Source: Hamiltosporidium tvaerminnensis FI-OER-3-3 (taxonomy: Eukaryota > Fungi > Microsporidia). From it: 64,000 nt of DNA. How positions within the stretch are numbered: the stretch's first letter is position 1; every line of letters begins with the position of its first letter. The notes under the pieces were generated by a model. That model was not told the DNA's origin, did not search any database, and worked only from the letters and a program-made list of their open reading frames with translations. A program made the translations under genes and the position numbers. This document shows, in pieces, positions 51,685-64,000 of this stretch. The stretch covers positions 248,001 to 312,000 of the forward strand of contig CM061253.1 of assembly GCA_022605425.2 (NCBI GenBank). Direction: 5' to 3'.

Positions 51685-54093
51685 TTATATATTTGTGAAA
51701 ATAGTGTCGATATATAACCCAGAATAATAATTACTTGTTCCTCTTATCACATATATAGTTATTTCAATAAGATTTAAGCAAATTAAACATTCTAACGACT
51801 CTATATCTATTTCATCTTTTTGCTGAAATCCTATCTTTAATATTTTAAGTTTTTTAAACTTCGAAATCAAAAGAATCTCATAATATTTATATTTACCAGT
51901 GAGAATTTCAAGCTTGAATATTGTATTTTTAATATTCTGGTTCAAGATCTGTCGTAGAATTTCAAAATATTTATCTGTTTCTTTAATACTTAGATTAAGA
52001 TACTTTAATGCTTTAAACTTTGAAAAAACAAGTATATCTAATTCATATAGAGACGATACATTATAATAAAGTTCAAGCAAATCCTCCAAATTAAAAAAAT
52101 ATGAAAATAAGCGTAAAACACTATAGGACGTTATATTTTTAGCTCCAAATTTGTTTATATATTTTAAAGATTTTAATTTTGGATATGTTGCCCAATGACC
52201 CATCAAAGAAATATCCAGATCTCTTACTTCATCTTGATACTCATCAAAAAAACGATAATCATATAGAAGGCAATGCAAATCAAAGAAAAGATGTGTCAAG
52301 GCTTTAAATTTGCTTAAAAATACAAACAAGTTATTATTCAGATCTCCTTGAATACTATAAAAAGACATTCGAATAACCGATTCGTTGTACATACCCATTT
52401 CGGTATCAATTTCATTATAACCTGTGGTTTTAAAGTCATCATATACAATAGACAACAATCGATTTGATCTAAGAATGGCTTTAAAAAGCGAATGAGATAA
52501 TTTTATATCTTTTAAATATAATTTTGTCAAGGATTTAAATGATTCTAAGAATTCATAGGATTCCAAACGATTATTTCTAACATTTTTTAAATCAACTTTT
52601 AGCCGTTTAATTAACTCAAAATTAAATATTTGAAAAAAATAAGCCGAATTATAGGATTCTTTACATAAAACCAAGTCAATTCCACAAACAAAATCATGAA
52701 ATCTATACGATGAAAATATTTTAAATCCATTTTCTATGTCTGATATTTCTAACCGATCTGATATATCAACAATTATATTGGCATTCGTTTTAAGTGTTGA
52801 GTTAGCAGTAATGTTTCTGGGAAAATATATTTCTTTATTTATAAGGATTTTCATGACCTTTATCGATTCTAATCCTTCAAAACGCATCAAATCAACCAAC
52901 CCTTCATAATTAACCCATAGAAGTTCCAATGTAAGTTTTTCAAGGTTTTTAAAATACTGTAATATTTCTAAGAACGATTTGTATTCATCATGATATGTAA
53001 TTTCTATGTTCTTAACAGAATCAAAAAAGCCAATTTGATAAAGTTTATTAAATATTGGCAATAATTTTTTGGGAATATGGACTGTAAATTTTATGACTTT
53101 TTTTGGCAACAAAGAAATCATTAAGTCAAGATCCAAAACATTATTATTTGGGAATAAATTAATACATAATTTATCGACCGAAAAAATATTCATTAGTATT
53201 TTCCATATATTTATCGCTTTTGTCTTTGATAAATATTTATGTAAATAGCATGTTTGAAAAAAGAACATACATGTTATTTTCTTAAATGATTCCTGTTTCC
53301 TATGTTTATGTAATGTTGACGAAAATCGCAATAATCTATTTTTATGAAACATTTTATAAATATAAGGATTCTTCATAAAATAGAATCTCATAAAAATTTT
53401 GATTACATCTCTAACTTGTAAATTATTATAATCTTCCGCGTTTAAAAATGAATCAGAAGCTCTACTTACAAAATCTACACTAGAAATGAAGGAATAATGT
53501 ACTAAAGATTTAATAAAAATTTTATAATTCTTATTTCTTATAACTCTCAAAATATTCAAATATTTAAGAGTTTCAAAAAATGCTTGTGTGCTAATATTTG
53601 AAATGACATTATCATTGTTTTGAAGAATTTTAATGAAGAAAGTAAATTTAGATAAATTATCTTTAGTCATGTATATCATAATCTCATCAGAGCTTTCAGA
53701 ATTCAGTTCATCTAGAAATTCAAATGAAATCGATATATCATTAGGATATACAATCATAAGATCTTCATCAGCTTTTTTGGCGGCTAGAGGTGACCGGAAA
53801 CCATCTACTGGGTTTTCTATTTTAACCATTGAAGATGTCTCTAGAGACATAAAATAGCTATAGATAATATCTTGGTATGCAGAAACATCGTTTTCATTCA
53901 TATTCAGGAATCTAACATTTAAGCAAAATGTATAATTTGTCAAAAACAAAAATGCAATAACAATACGATTATTAAGCATAGGAGAATAATGATATTCATA
54001 TGAATGATAGATAGATTTTGAAACATCTTTAAGATGGCGAATAACTAAAAATTTAGATTTTTCTTTATTTTTGAGAATTCCGTCTGCATTCAT
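51685..54093 (-). CDS. Lineage-specific 802-aa protein with LRR-like LxxLxL periodicity; likely member of an expanded secreted family
   Basis: Long intact ORF with repeated motifs FKNLEKLTL, FKSLTKLYL, FKALTHLFF, FKALKYLNL, FKKLKILKI. Hydrophobic signal-like stretch after Met39 (MLNNRIVIAFLFLTNYTFC). CCC at 54101-54103. Confidence 0.85.
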   Translation of the reverse strand: MNADGILKNKEKSKFLVIRHLKDVSKSIYHSYEYHYSPMLNNRIVIAFLFLTNYTFCLNVRFLNMNENDVSAYQDIIYSYFMSLETSSMVKIENPVDGFRSPLAAKKADEDLMIVYPNDISISFEFLDELNSESSDEIMIYMTKDNLSKFTFFIKILQNNDNVISNISTQAFFETLKYLNILRVIRNKNYKIFIKSLVHYSFISSVDFVSRASDSFLNAEDYNNLQVRDVIKIFMRFYFMKNPYIYKMFHKNRLLRFSSTLHKHRKQESFKKITCMFFFQTCYLHKYLSKTKAINIWKILMNIFSVDKLCINLFPNNNVLDLDLMISLLPKKVIKFTVHIPKKLLPIFNKLYQIGFFDSVKNIEITYHDEYKSFLEILQYFKNLEKLTLELLWVNYEGLVDLMRFEGLESIKVMKILINKEIYFPRNITANSTLKTNANIIVDISDRLEISDIENGFKIFSSYRFHDFVCGIDLVLCKESYNSAYFFQIFNFELIKRLKVDLKNVRNNRLESYEFLESFKSLTKLYLKDIKLSHSLFKAILRSNRLLSIVYDDFKTTGYNEIDTEMGMYNESVIRMSFYSIQGDLNNNLFVFLSKFKALTHLFFDLHCLLYDYRFFDEYQDEVRDLDISLMGHWATYPKLKSLKYINKFGAKNITSYSVLRLFSYFFNLEDLLELYYNVSSLYELDILVFSKFKALKYLNLSIKETDKYFEILRQILNQNIKNTIFKLEILTGKYKYYEILLISKFKKLKILKIGFQQKDEIDIESLECLICLNLIEITIYVIRGTSNYYSGLYIDTIFTNI

Positions 54094-54545
54094 TTTTTGT
54101 GGGTAAATTAATTAATTAAATTAGACAAAATAATGGAAACTATAAAATCGATAAAAAAAATATAAATGATAAGAATAGTAAAAATTTGGAAAAAATTGTC
54201 AAATGGTAAAGTTACAGCAAACTATTGACGAGTTTCCTTTATTTTTTAATACTTGTAAAAATATTTTCTATGAAACAACCTTTTCAACCAATCAATTTCT
54301 TCCATTCTTATAAAATATCTAATGTACAAAAACAGAAAAATTTATTATACTTGAATACAGAAATGAGTTTACATTTAAAAAAAGTTGTTTTACTAAAATT
54401 TATAAGCATGCTATCTTATAACCCGAGATCAGGTTTTTTCGATCATCCAATTTCAGTTTTTTTTTGAAAATATATAAGCCCCCATATATTTGCAATTTAT
54501 ATCGAAAACCATCACATCTTATTCGAAATAGTACATTTTTTAAAA

Positions 54546-55190
54546 TGTTTTCATGACATTAATACAGTTCTTATTTGAAAATGAATGACTTCTCTCCTAA
54601 CACACCATCGGTACTCCTAAGACATTTACATACCAAACTTTGCATCTAAATTTTTATAAAATTCATAAATAAGCGAAACAGTAATCCGGGGTGCGTTAAT
54701 GTCCGTTTTTAGTGTGTGTTCGCAGGTCGAACCCGCCTTAGGCACCCAGAAAATTTGACTGCTGTTTCACCTACACTCACTTAACGATTCATGTAGACTT
54801 CTAGCTAAGATATATCTCTGAGACTTACAAGGGTTCACCTAAACGTTACAATCGCATACCAACTGATATAACCTGCTACTAAGCCTTAACAGCTTTTTAA
54901 AATGTATTTTTTTGTATCTCCCAGGCTCTAATTCTCTAACCCGAGTTGACAAGACTAACTTTCCAAGCAAAATACTAAAAATTTCAGTTGTGATTTTCAA
55001 CCTAGCTAAATATAAACTACAAAATAGACTTGTAAAAAAGGTTTTTTTCCTTTTGTAGAACTTCTTTCTTTCATGCAAACCCTCATGAAACAACCGAAAA
55101 GTTGGTGTGGTCTTCATCCGACCGAAAATCAAAATAATGACTTTCACACCTTTCACTTAATCATTGCCAAGCAGATAGTTTTTATATGTT
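54546..55190 (-). mobile_element. Dispersed LINE-3'-like repeat, copy 2 (diverged)
   Basis: Shares ttctagctaagatatat, cgttaatgtccgtt, caccatcggta, acaaccgaa and tcattgccaagcagatagttttt with the other copies. Explains spurious ORF 54839-55156. Confidence 0.7.
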
Positions 55191-55355
55191 TTAAATAATC
55201 CCTAATCTTATATTAATACAAATATATTTGTTCTAACGATGAGATTGTTGGTCATAAAAGTCCTTAAAATATAAAGAAAAATATATAAAATATAAAATTT
55301 TACCTTTAAATTTAAGAAATGAATTTACCAAGGATTACATTTGGTGATTAAATTT

Positions 55356-55775
55356 TTAGAAATCAAATTTTATTGCCTCCTCTTCTTCTGTGATTACTTC
55401 CGAATTATCGAATTCCGAATTATTACATTGCATCATATCAATTACTGGATATGGATACAATGATTTAAATCTACCAAGGATTTCTGAAGTCCCTAAAATT
55501 TGTTCTGTGTTGGTTTCAATTATTTCTTTTATTAAATATTTTTCGGCTTGTTCTGTATTTTTATCTATCTCCATCAGTTTATCGTGAAGCTCTTTGTATT
55601 TGAAAAACAATTTGTTTTTAAGATTTTTTAGAGTAGTTTTATTGGCAGGAAGATTATATGCAACCATTAGTCTTCTATGCACAATAACCATTTCTTCAAA
55701 AGTTGCATTTTCATTTAAAAATTCTATTAATTTTTTTTTGAAATTGTCAATTTCTCTTTGGACAATTTTATTCAT
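55356..55775 (-). CDS. Hypothetical protein, 139 aa (start corrected to the MNKIVQ ATG)
   Basis: The track start at 55796 is a TTG; the first ATG at 55775 is preceded by CCCCT. Coding-like helical composition with an acidic C-terminus (EEEEAIKFDF). Confidence 0.75.
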   Translation of the reverse strand: MNKIVQREIDNFKKKLIEFLNENATFEEMVIVHRRLMVAYNLPANKTTLKNLKNKLFFKYKELHDKLMEIDKNTEQAEKYLIKEIIETNTEQILGTSEILGRFKSLYPYPVIDMMQCNNSEFDNSEVITEEEEAIKFDF

Positions 55776-56451
55776 AGGGGATAGGTTGAGAGGCAAAACA
55801 AATTATTTTTCTGTATAAATTTGCAAAAAGATATCATTTTTTAGATTTTTTTTATTTTGATAAATTTATAGATGGAAGAGTGCCTAAAATTTTATTGAAT
55901 ACAATTATAGAACAAATATTACGATCCGTCTTTTTCAATCATTTTTTTGGGCAAATTTCATCTGTGTGTGAGAAAATTACAATTTTCTTTATTGTTAAGA
56001 GAAATCGTTTAGATTCTCACCTTTGCTTTTCAGATTTGTTAGTTTATGGCTGTAAGTGAATAGGAATCAAAAATCAAAATTTTAGGGTTAATTTCTAAGA
56101 ACATAACTGATTAGTTTAGATTTTATAGACAGTGTATCGAATATAATCTTTATGGAATTTATAAAACTTTATTTAGGCACAACAACCATAAGTCGAACTT
56201 TATCTCATATATACTTTAGATATATTAGAATTTAAAGTTTCGCTTAGTTAAGAGGAGTGTACAATTTCAAATTTTACTACAATTATATTTCCTTATAGAA
56301 AACCCAAAATGATTCGTTAGAATCTTCTATAAAATTATTTTTTATTTAATTTAGATATATACTCTCAAACGGTAGAAATTTGGATTTTAAAGGTATAAAA
56401 AATGCATTTGGTTCAAAACAAGACGAAAGTCTAATATTTTTATTAGAAAAT

Positions 56452-56718
56452 ATTTATTATTTATCCTCGGCAATAAGCCTTGCAAGAGCTTGGCCTCCCT
56501 CAGAAATGTCACGCATTAGTTTCTTTGATGTTTAACCATGCTAGGTACCTTTCTAATCTTCTGTCCGGGTTTGTTTAATTCTTTGGATTAGGAACAATTT
56601 GGTTTTAAAGAAAGGGTTGTTAGCCCTAGGCTCACCGTGGAGGACTCAATCCTTTCAGTCGCCTCTTACGACAAGCAGAGGATAATTCAAGCCAATTCTG
56701 TTTCTTGCAGGGTGGGAA
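56452..56718 (-). mobile_element. RTE-derived SINE-like element, copy D
   Basis: Core cctttcagtcgcctcttacgacaagcagag; 3' end gggaggccaagctcttgcaaggcttattgccgaggataaataataaata. Middle differs from copies B and C; no clear TSD. Confidence 0.8.
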
Positions 56719-56999
56719 CGATTATTACAATATCATTTAACCCAATTAATTCGACAAAAATAAGTTTAAATATAAACTTTAGAACCGGATTTAAATTCTA
56801 CCAAATAACAAAAAAGAAGAATCCCATAAAAAGAACGCAAACTACTGATCATATGATCTTAGTATTTTGATGGCATTCTATAGATATTCACGGTGGTATT
56901 TCGAGATTTTATATTCATTCTAGAAATATTCTTAACGTATTCATTTTAGTTACAAAAAAAAGTATATTTTCCTAAAATTTTATTTTGGCTGGTAACACC

Positions 57000-59900
57000 C
57001 ACAAAATATTATTTCGAACAAAATCTCAAATGAATATGTTACAAATAATAATTCTTAACTAATCCATTCGATTTTCAAATAATTCCTTCAGTGTTGCCAA
57101 CTTTTTAATTCTCTCGATAGTGTCCAAGAGAATTAAATCATTTAAAATAAATTATTCTAAGAAATTGTGCGGGTATTATACTTTTTACCACAGATGAATA
57201 TTATGAAAATAAAAAAACAACAAGAATCTCAGATGATATTATAAAAAAGCCTTATGAATCGATTTATTAATTTTCTTAATGTGATATATTTCAGCGTAAC
57301 TAATTTAAAATTCCTAAATATACCTATTATGCAGAAAATCTTGCTTCATACAAGTTCTGTTTTCTCAGAGTTTAAAAAGTTCCGAATATTTTCTTTAAAA
57401 AATATCACCATTTGCAATGTAATTAAACTTTTTGAAATTATATCTATGATATTCTAAAAATCTGGATAGATTCTTGCATTATGTTTGTTTGATCAAAATG
57501 ATAGAAATTCAATTTTTCATTTCAAAGATTTCTTTAGCTGATTAAATACAAATTTTATGAAAAGCTAGCATTCGTAGAAGTGCAATTCGATATTTAGCCT
57601 AGGCGTACTAAAAAGTTCCACAAAAAAAATGAATGTGAAAATATTTTCAATGAACAAAATTTTAAGTAAAAAGAAGATTTAATTTTTTCTAGCACGAGAT
57701 ATTAATTTCAAAAAACAAATGAAGGTGATAAGCTATTAATATCTTAACTGAGAGTAGAAGTATTTTGGGGATGCCACCGATTTAAATATATATTTATTAC
57801 TTTATGTTATAGTTGAATAAGTTATTCTGAGATATTACGGGATTTAATGTACTTTTTGGTGACAATAGGATAAAAAACTCCTAAAATATTTGAGGTTTCT
57901 ATAATCTTATTTTTCGTATTTAATTTTTATTATATAACACAAAAACTGAAAAAGAATAGATTTATAGAAAAAATTAATGATTAAATCTTAAACTCTAGAA
58001 CAAAAAATTTCATAGCGCATCCTCTTCTATTACTGCCTGTTTGATCTTATTAAATTCTATATACAAACGCTTTAACAGGTGTAACCTTATATTTTGTGTT
58101 TTTTGGGTAACTCTTTGAAAATTCCTACATTAATCTTGTCTATGGTATCCGAAATGGTTTCGGTGAAAATTTTTAGAATTCCAATTAGAAAAATAACAAA
58201 ATAATTCTGTTTCTAAAAACGATCATACATTCATAGTTTTTGATGATTTTGACTTTTTTAATTCTTTAAAAGTTAATAAATTTAAATTTTTCGTAAAAAA
58301 ATCAATAGAAATAGTTCTCATGTGCACAAACAAACTGATATACGACATATGAGATATATCAAAATTTTAGAACTTACATATAAAGATATACTTTTGATTT
58401 TAATTGTACGAAATATTGACAGTTAAGATTTTAATTTTTTTTTTTAAAAAACGGAATATTACACAATTGTATATTATAGAAATCTGCGTTAAGCAACAAC
58501 CTAACCAATCAGAAGAAAATTGTCTTTAGAACGCCTACAACTTTGCGAAGCTATGATTCATCGTTAGATTGTGTTCCATCCGTAGTAAGGAGCGAGCTAT
58601 TAAATTAATCAATATAAAATTTATAGGAATGTAAAAACGAATGTTTTTAACCCCTTTGTAAACCAGAGCCTTGGACATCTGCATTTAATGCTCTCAAACG
58701 ACTCGTGGTGTTTATATCTCATGAAAAAATAAAAATATGCTGTTTTTTAAACTTATGTAACATATAGAATAAAGTTACATTATATTAATTTTGAATTGTA
58801 TTAGTTTGTCAAAAATTTCTAGGATTGTTATTATCTTCAAGTCTCTTGTATTATACGGACATGAGTCCTATATAAAATGCGCTGATTTATGTCATTTACA
58901 AATGTGAGCAACCAAAATGACCTGCTTTATTCTTAAATGTTGTTTAAATCACCAATATTTTGGACATATTTTCGTCATTTATAACAGAATCATATAATAA
59001 ACACCATTTTTGCTATTTCAAGTGTTTATAAAGTACATAGTTAGCTATTCAGATCCAAAATGTGTATTCGCTACATAATACCTTAAAATGTTAAAAAAAC
59101 AAGGAAATTTTACATTTTTGCAACAATTCTTTATGGCTTTTTTTTATTTAAAGTCTTAAATAGCTACTTAGTCCTTTTAAAATCTTTCTAAGAAATTTAC
59201 GAAACTACTAATTTAGAAATTTATTCTTTCAAACTGCTCTGAAGATTAATGAAATTTTTTTAGAAATATTATTTTATTTAAAAAAACCAGAAAATACTTT
59301 TTTTCAATAATCATATTCGATTTGGTTGCGAAAAATTAAGATGATTTCGATTCAACGTTCACATATAAAACGAAAAATGATTAAATAGTCAATATTATAC
59401 AGCGCATTAAAAAAGAATTTAAAGAGCCCTGTACATTATGAATATTTGAAATGGTTTACTACAAAAATAGACTAAGATTAAATAAAATGCTCTTTTTTAT
59501 GTATTGAATTATTTAGAATTACTCAATGCAAGTTAATTGGTTGATTGGAAAATTCAAATTGATCAAATACCTTTCCAATTCTTGCTTTATTTAGCAATAC
59601 CTTTTTGAAAAAAAATCGTTTTTTTTAATAAAAAATATAACACATCATAGATAAAAAATTTTCTCGTATGAAGTTTGATATTAAGTTTAGTTTAGGATAA
59701 AAGATTGATTCAAATCGTTTGCTTAGACGTAATACGCATGTTATAAGTTTATTTGATTCGAAAAAGCCTATAGAAGAGTGTAATAGAACCGAACAAAATT
59801 TTAAAAAATAATACCGAATAAAAATGATTTCAATTATCTTGTATTTTCTACTTTTATATAAATCGCAGTGTTCTGCGAAATCCAATCTTTATTTTTAATT
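57000..59900 (-). pseudogene. Probable decayed paralog of the expanded LRR-like family
   Basis: Short minus-strand coding-like fragments (LNSEKLNLYEARF; ORF 59625-59885) and the patch aatttctaggattgtt also seen near 2092. Confidence 0.3.
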
Positions 59901-59937
59901 AACTTTATTTTAAAGTATCACATCTTTTTAAAATAGG

Positions 59938-60518
59938 GGCACGTGTTATATTTGTTTTCATGGCATTAACACAGTTCTAGGTTTAACATAAATGACTGCT
60001 ACTCCAACACTCCATCGGTAAACCCTGCTATACCACGCCCCAAAACCTTTCTTTTACCAGGTCTGTAGAACCTAATTACTAGGCGAGGCAGTTGCATGGA
60101 GTTCGTTAATGTCCGTTGCATGGAGTGTGATCGAAGGCCGAAGCCCCCCCCTGGGCTCCCTCAAGACTATGCAGCATTCCCACTTACTCTACACTTTCTG
60201 AACCCAATAAACTTCTAGCTAAGATATATTTCAGAGATTTACATGGGGTCCACCTAGACAGTGCAATGTCATACCAACAGGTATAACCTGCTACTTAGCT
60301 CTCCCGGCTTGTAATGGTTTTTAATCTTCTTTGTTAAGTCTTCTAACCCGAGTGAGCACGGATTGTTTTTATGCTTTTACATGGTAATTACCTATATGTT
60401 CAGCTGCGGTCTGCAATCTGGTTACATAAAAAACTACAAATAAATTTGTAGAAAAGGTGTCGCTATTTCCTAAACCTTCTCCTCCTCATAACAACTCCCA
60501 TGGAACAACCGAAGATGT
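59938..60518 (-). mobile_element. Dispersed LINE-3'-like repeat, copy 3
   Basis: Highly similar reverse complement of ~5655-6237; about 100 bp shorter at the 5' end. Confidence 0.8.
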
Positions 60519-61694
60519 TAACTTATAATATATTTATATTGTTTAAAAAAAAATCAAAATTAGTAGGCAACAAGAAATATATTATTTTTTTTCTTAAAAT
60601 CATTCATAAAGAAAAACTATTTTAGCTTCGAATATTATATTTCTAGTATTTTTGAAGGTTGTTTAGAGAAATTGCAGATAAAATATGATTCTATTTAAAA
60701 CAGTGGCATTTTTAGCGTTTTTGCAACCTATTTTAGCAAAAAAATAAGGCAGAATATCGAAATACACGATTTTATCAAGTATAAGCTTTAACTAGCTATA
60801 TGAAATAGATTCTAAAATATTTAGTATATAACATATTAAAAAATTTCTGTCAATATTATAATTCAGTCTTGAAATAAATAATTATCAGCTTTTATATATC
60901 TATTATATTTTTCCTTCCTATCATACACCAGAAGGCAATAATTATTTTGTAGATGCGATCTAAATATTATTTATAGACCATATATACAAAGTAAGCGATT
61001 CCAGCGGATGATTTTGCATATAAAAAAGCAACTAGTAGTATGTATAAAATAACGATTTAACTTTAAAATTAGTTCGTATTTGTTAGAGAAAATTGTTTTA
61101 CTATTTAGAATTATTAAAAGAAATTTTTGAGACTAATAACTAAAAATCGAGAAATAAAATATTTTGAAAATCAAAACTTACGAAACTTTAAAATTCAAAT
61201 CATGCAATTTTGCAGCATTAAAAAAATTATGCCACCATATAACAATTAAAGATATCATACAAGACATTTCTAATTTTTTTTTAATTTTTCTCAATAATAT
61301 TTGCATTATTGTATAAATTTAAACATTTTAGATTTTTCATATGCCATAGAAACTATTTGAGATTTTTCAATACTTTTTTTAGATTTTTAAAAAAGCTTTA
61401 TGTTAGAGATATTTTTAACTAAAATTATCTTAGCTTACGAATATTATTAAAATAAAATTAGTATTAAACATATAATTTTGTTTAAATATATCCTTAGGAT
61501 AACCAAAGAAACGTTTTTGATGCTTTTGGAAAACTGATTTATCCATAAGGCGTTTTCATTTTATAATACATACATAGTTTATATTTAATATTTAAAAAGC
61601 GTCTTAAAATTTTTTATACCTTTTATTAAACGTTTAAAACGAGTTGATTATGCCTGATAATTGAATTATTTTGAATTAAATCTCAATAATTAAA

Positions 61695-61741
61695 CTTTAT
61701 TAAAAAAAACACCATTTTTAAAAAAAAAAAAAAAATTATAA

Positions 61742-61789
<48 letters not shown>

Positions 61790-61838
61790 AACCACAACCC
61801 CCACACCCAAAACCCCCCCCCCCCACCCCCACCCACCA

Positions 61839-61871
<33 letters not shown>

Positions 61872-61914
61872 AGAAGTTTTTAATTTTTTATAAATAAATT
61901 AAAAAGGGAGAAAG

Positions 61915-61951
<37 letters not shown>

Positions 61952-61978
61952 AAAACCCCCCCACCCCCCCCAAAAAAA

Positions 61979-62063
<85 letters not shown>

Positions 62064-62152
62064 CCCAACCAAAAATTAAATTACCTTAAATTAAATAATT
62101 ATAATAAAAAAAAAAAAAAAATATATAATTTTTTTAAAAAAAAAAAAAAAAA

Positions 62153-62234
<82 letters not shown>

Positions 62235-62245
62235 AAAAAAACCCC

Positions 62246-62341
<96 letters not shown>

Positions 62342-62351
62342 AAAAATTTTT
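61695..62351. other. Poly-A/poly-C low-complexity block, probable sequencing or assembly artifact
   Basis: Almost only A, C and T runs; flanked by the 19-bp direct repeat TTAAATCTCAATAATTAAA (61676-61694 and 62352-62370). Confidence 0.75.
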
Positions 62352-63299
62352 TTAAATCTCAATAATTAAAAATAAATAATTTTAATGAAGCAATAAAAAT
62401 TTCACAACCGTAATCTTAAGTTTGTAAAGCTGAAAGGTATATTTAATTTTCATGACTTCCAATAGTTTTGGTCGCATTAAAACAAATAATATCATTAAAA
62501 TCAAAAATAAAATTACACAAAGCAAATGTACTCTAGCCTACACTTTTTTTATAAGATTTTATATTATTTGTTCAAACAACTTTGCCTTAAACTAGAAAAT
62601 ATCTACAATCCTGTTGATATAATTTTATTTTTTATTATTGTATTAGTTAAACATAATGCCTCTTAGCTAATAAATTGCAACGACGATAAAATAAGTTTAG
62701 TTACATATGAATTTGTTTAAAATTCTCCTTTTCGTCGGATATGAAAAATTAAATAGAACTTAGTTCATTTGATCTGAATAAAATCCTTCAAACAATTTAA
62801 CATAATAGTTATTAAGTATTATAATAATTGTAGTTTTTAAATTTTTATTGATTTTTTTAAAGAAGGTATTCTCCCAAAAATAACTGGTCCGTCTCTGCCA
62901 TTGACACATATATAGTAACCATTTTATGACTGAATTTGCCGTTTAGGTTAATGATTTTTTTTGATTCGGCTCATTTGAAAAGAAATAGAATAGATTAATA
63001 AATGTCGAACACATTTTCGAGTTACCAATATAAGGACCACAAAATATTTTTTTATATGTGAAAAATTTGGATTCTATTAATATTCTGTTGAGATTCTAAT
63101 GGTGTTTATTTTTTTTTAATTTATATAGGTTTTAGAGGGAAATTTGAGCAAGAATAAAATCCCATGAAAGTCATTTTAATCATGTAGAATTAAAAATGAT
63201 AAAACAATATCTAGCGGATAGAAATAATGCGCATTCTGGTTTATCTTTTCAGGTAAAAAAGAAATTAAAAGTTAATCAATGAAAAATCGTTTTATATAG

Positions 63300-64000
63300 A
63301 ATGCGAAAACGTTTTAAAAGAGCATGTCGCTCAAAGCGATTTTGAAAACAACAAGCTATACATTTTGCACATCACCATCTTGATTACAAAGAAAAGAAGC
63401 CAATGTACGAAAACCCCAAAACTATATCCATTGGGTTTAAATGGAAAGAATTGTCGAAAATGTCTCGAAATATTTAACCTGCAAGAGATATCAACCATTA
63501 TGTCGATTCTCACAAATTGCACACATCATATAACGACATCTATGGCACATCATACAGATAGATTATGTTGTTCCAAGAAATTTTGCTAGTGAAAAGAAAG
63601 GATATGTATGGATTACAAACATTTGATTGCTATGCTGAACTTTTTTTCATTTGCATTGATAAATAAATCAGCCGAAAGCATCATATCAGCCTTAGAGAAA
63701 ATATTTAAATATGAAGGCGCGCCGATTATCGTACAAAGCGATAACAGCAGAGGGTTCAACATTTCCGTTTTATAGAATTTATAAGCTTACATAACGTTAA
63801 GTTTGTAAGAGGAAGATCAGGACATCCCTATAACTAAGGCTAAGTTTAAAAAGTCAATAAAAGAGTAATAAGGAAAATTGCGAAAAACTTCTCTGGCTTC
63901 GAAAAAATGGGCTGAAATTCATGATACAAATATATTTGAATACAATATATCATGGAATAGGCCAATAAACATGTTACGAATACAGGCATTTAGAAGTCGA
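63300..64000 (+). mobile_element. Ginger/gypsy-type integrase pseudogene (runs off the window)
   Basis: IIQIDYVVPRNFASEKKGYVWI; IFKYEGAPIIVQSDNSRGF (cf. GAP.ILQSDNGREF); VKFVRGRSGHP..G.V.KVN (cf. HGRPRHPQSQGSVERAN); KWAEIHD...YN. Stops and frameshifts throughout. Confidence 0.85.

Noticed and set aside
54720-54740. GGTTCGACC on the minus strand resembles a tRNA T-loop or Pol III B box
   Set aside because: No cloverleaf or A box, and the other two copies of the repeat do not keep the B-box consensus.
39019-55818. Short ORFs antisense to real genes or the retroelement (39019, 42871, 46257, 47480, 47569, 53633, 55390, 55594)
   Set aside because: Shadow ORFs on the opposite strand of coding sequence with no independent support.
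60200-60250. AAGATATAT and TCAGAGATTTACA resemble group I intron S and R elements (also at 54808-54830)
   Set aside because: The order is reversed (S before R), the P7 pairing is absent and there is no host gene.
61880-62362. Poly-Phe/Gly ORFs in the track
   Set aside because: They are translations of homopolymer runs in a probable artifact.

Overview
Very AT-rich, gene-poor eukaryotic DNA, best read as a large-genome microsporidian (Hamiltosporidium-like). The taxon is inferred from single-ORF genes, CCC motifs just upstream of the ATGs, the protein families and the TE content. Only five intact genes are visible, all between 39 and 56 kb: phosphomannomutase (SEC53/PMM), an Sfp1/JAZF1-like C2H2 zinc-finger protein, NAD-dependent glycerol-3-phosphate dehydrogenase (GPD1), an 802-aa lineage-specific protein with LRR-like periodicity and a likely signal peptide, and a 139-aa hypothetical protein. 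The first ~39 kb and last ~8 kb are a graveyard of decayed elements: a hAT/Buster transposase, several Ginger/KRBA2-type integrases, IS630/Tc1-like relics and decayed gene-family paralogs. A stop-riddled RLE-type non-LTR retrotransposon lies at 44.2-48 kb. Structure not shown by the ORF track: (i) a four-copy ~240-bp RTE-derived SINE-like element with candidate TSDs and a conserved 5' hairpin core; (ii) a 5'-truncated, 3'-coterminal LINE-like family with a GC-richer structured 3' UTR, plus a related subfamily whose 3' end abuts a (TTATTTAG)n array; (iii) a candidate 197-nt spliceosomal intron in the 5' UTR of the zinc-finger gene; (iv) a strand-biased recurrent ATTAAAA(G/T)TTGTGGTTTTC motif; (v) an old collinear duplication. 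The A/C homopolymer block at 61.7-62.35 kb is probably an assembly artifact. All alignments and translations were done by eye, so boundaries of relics are approximate.
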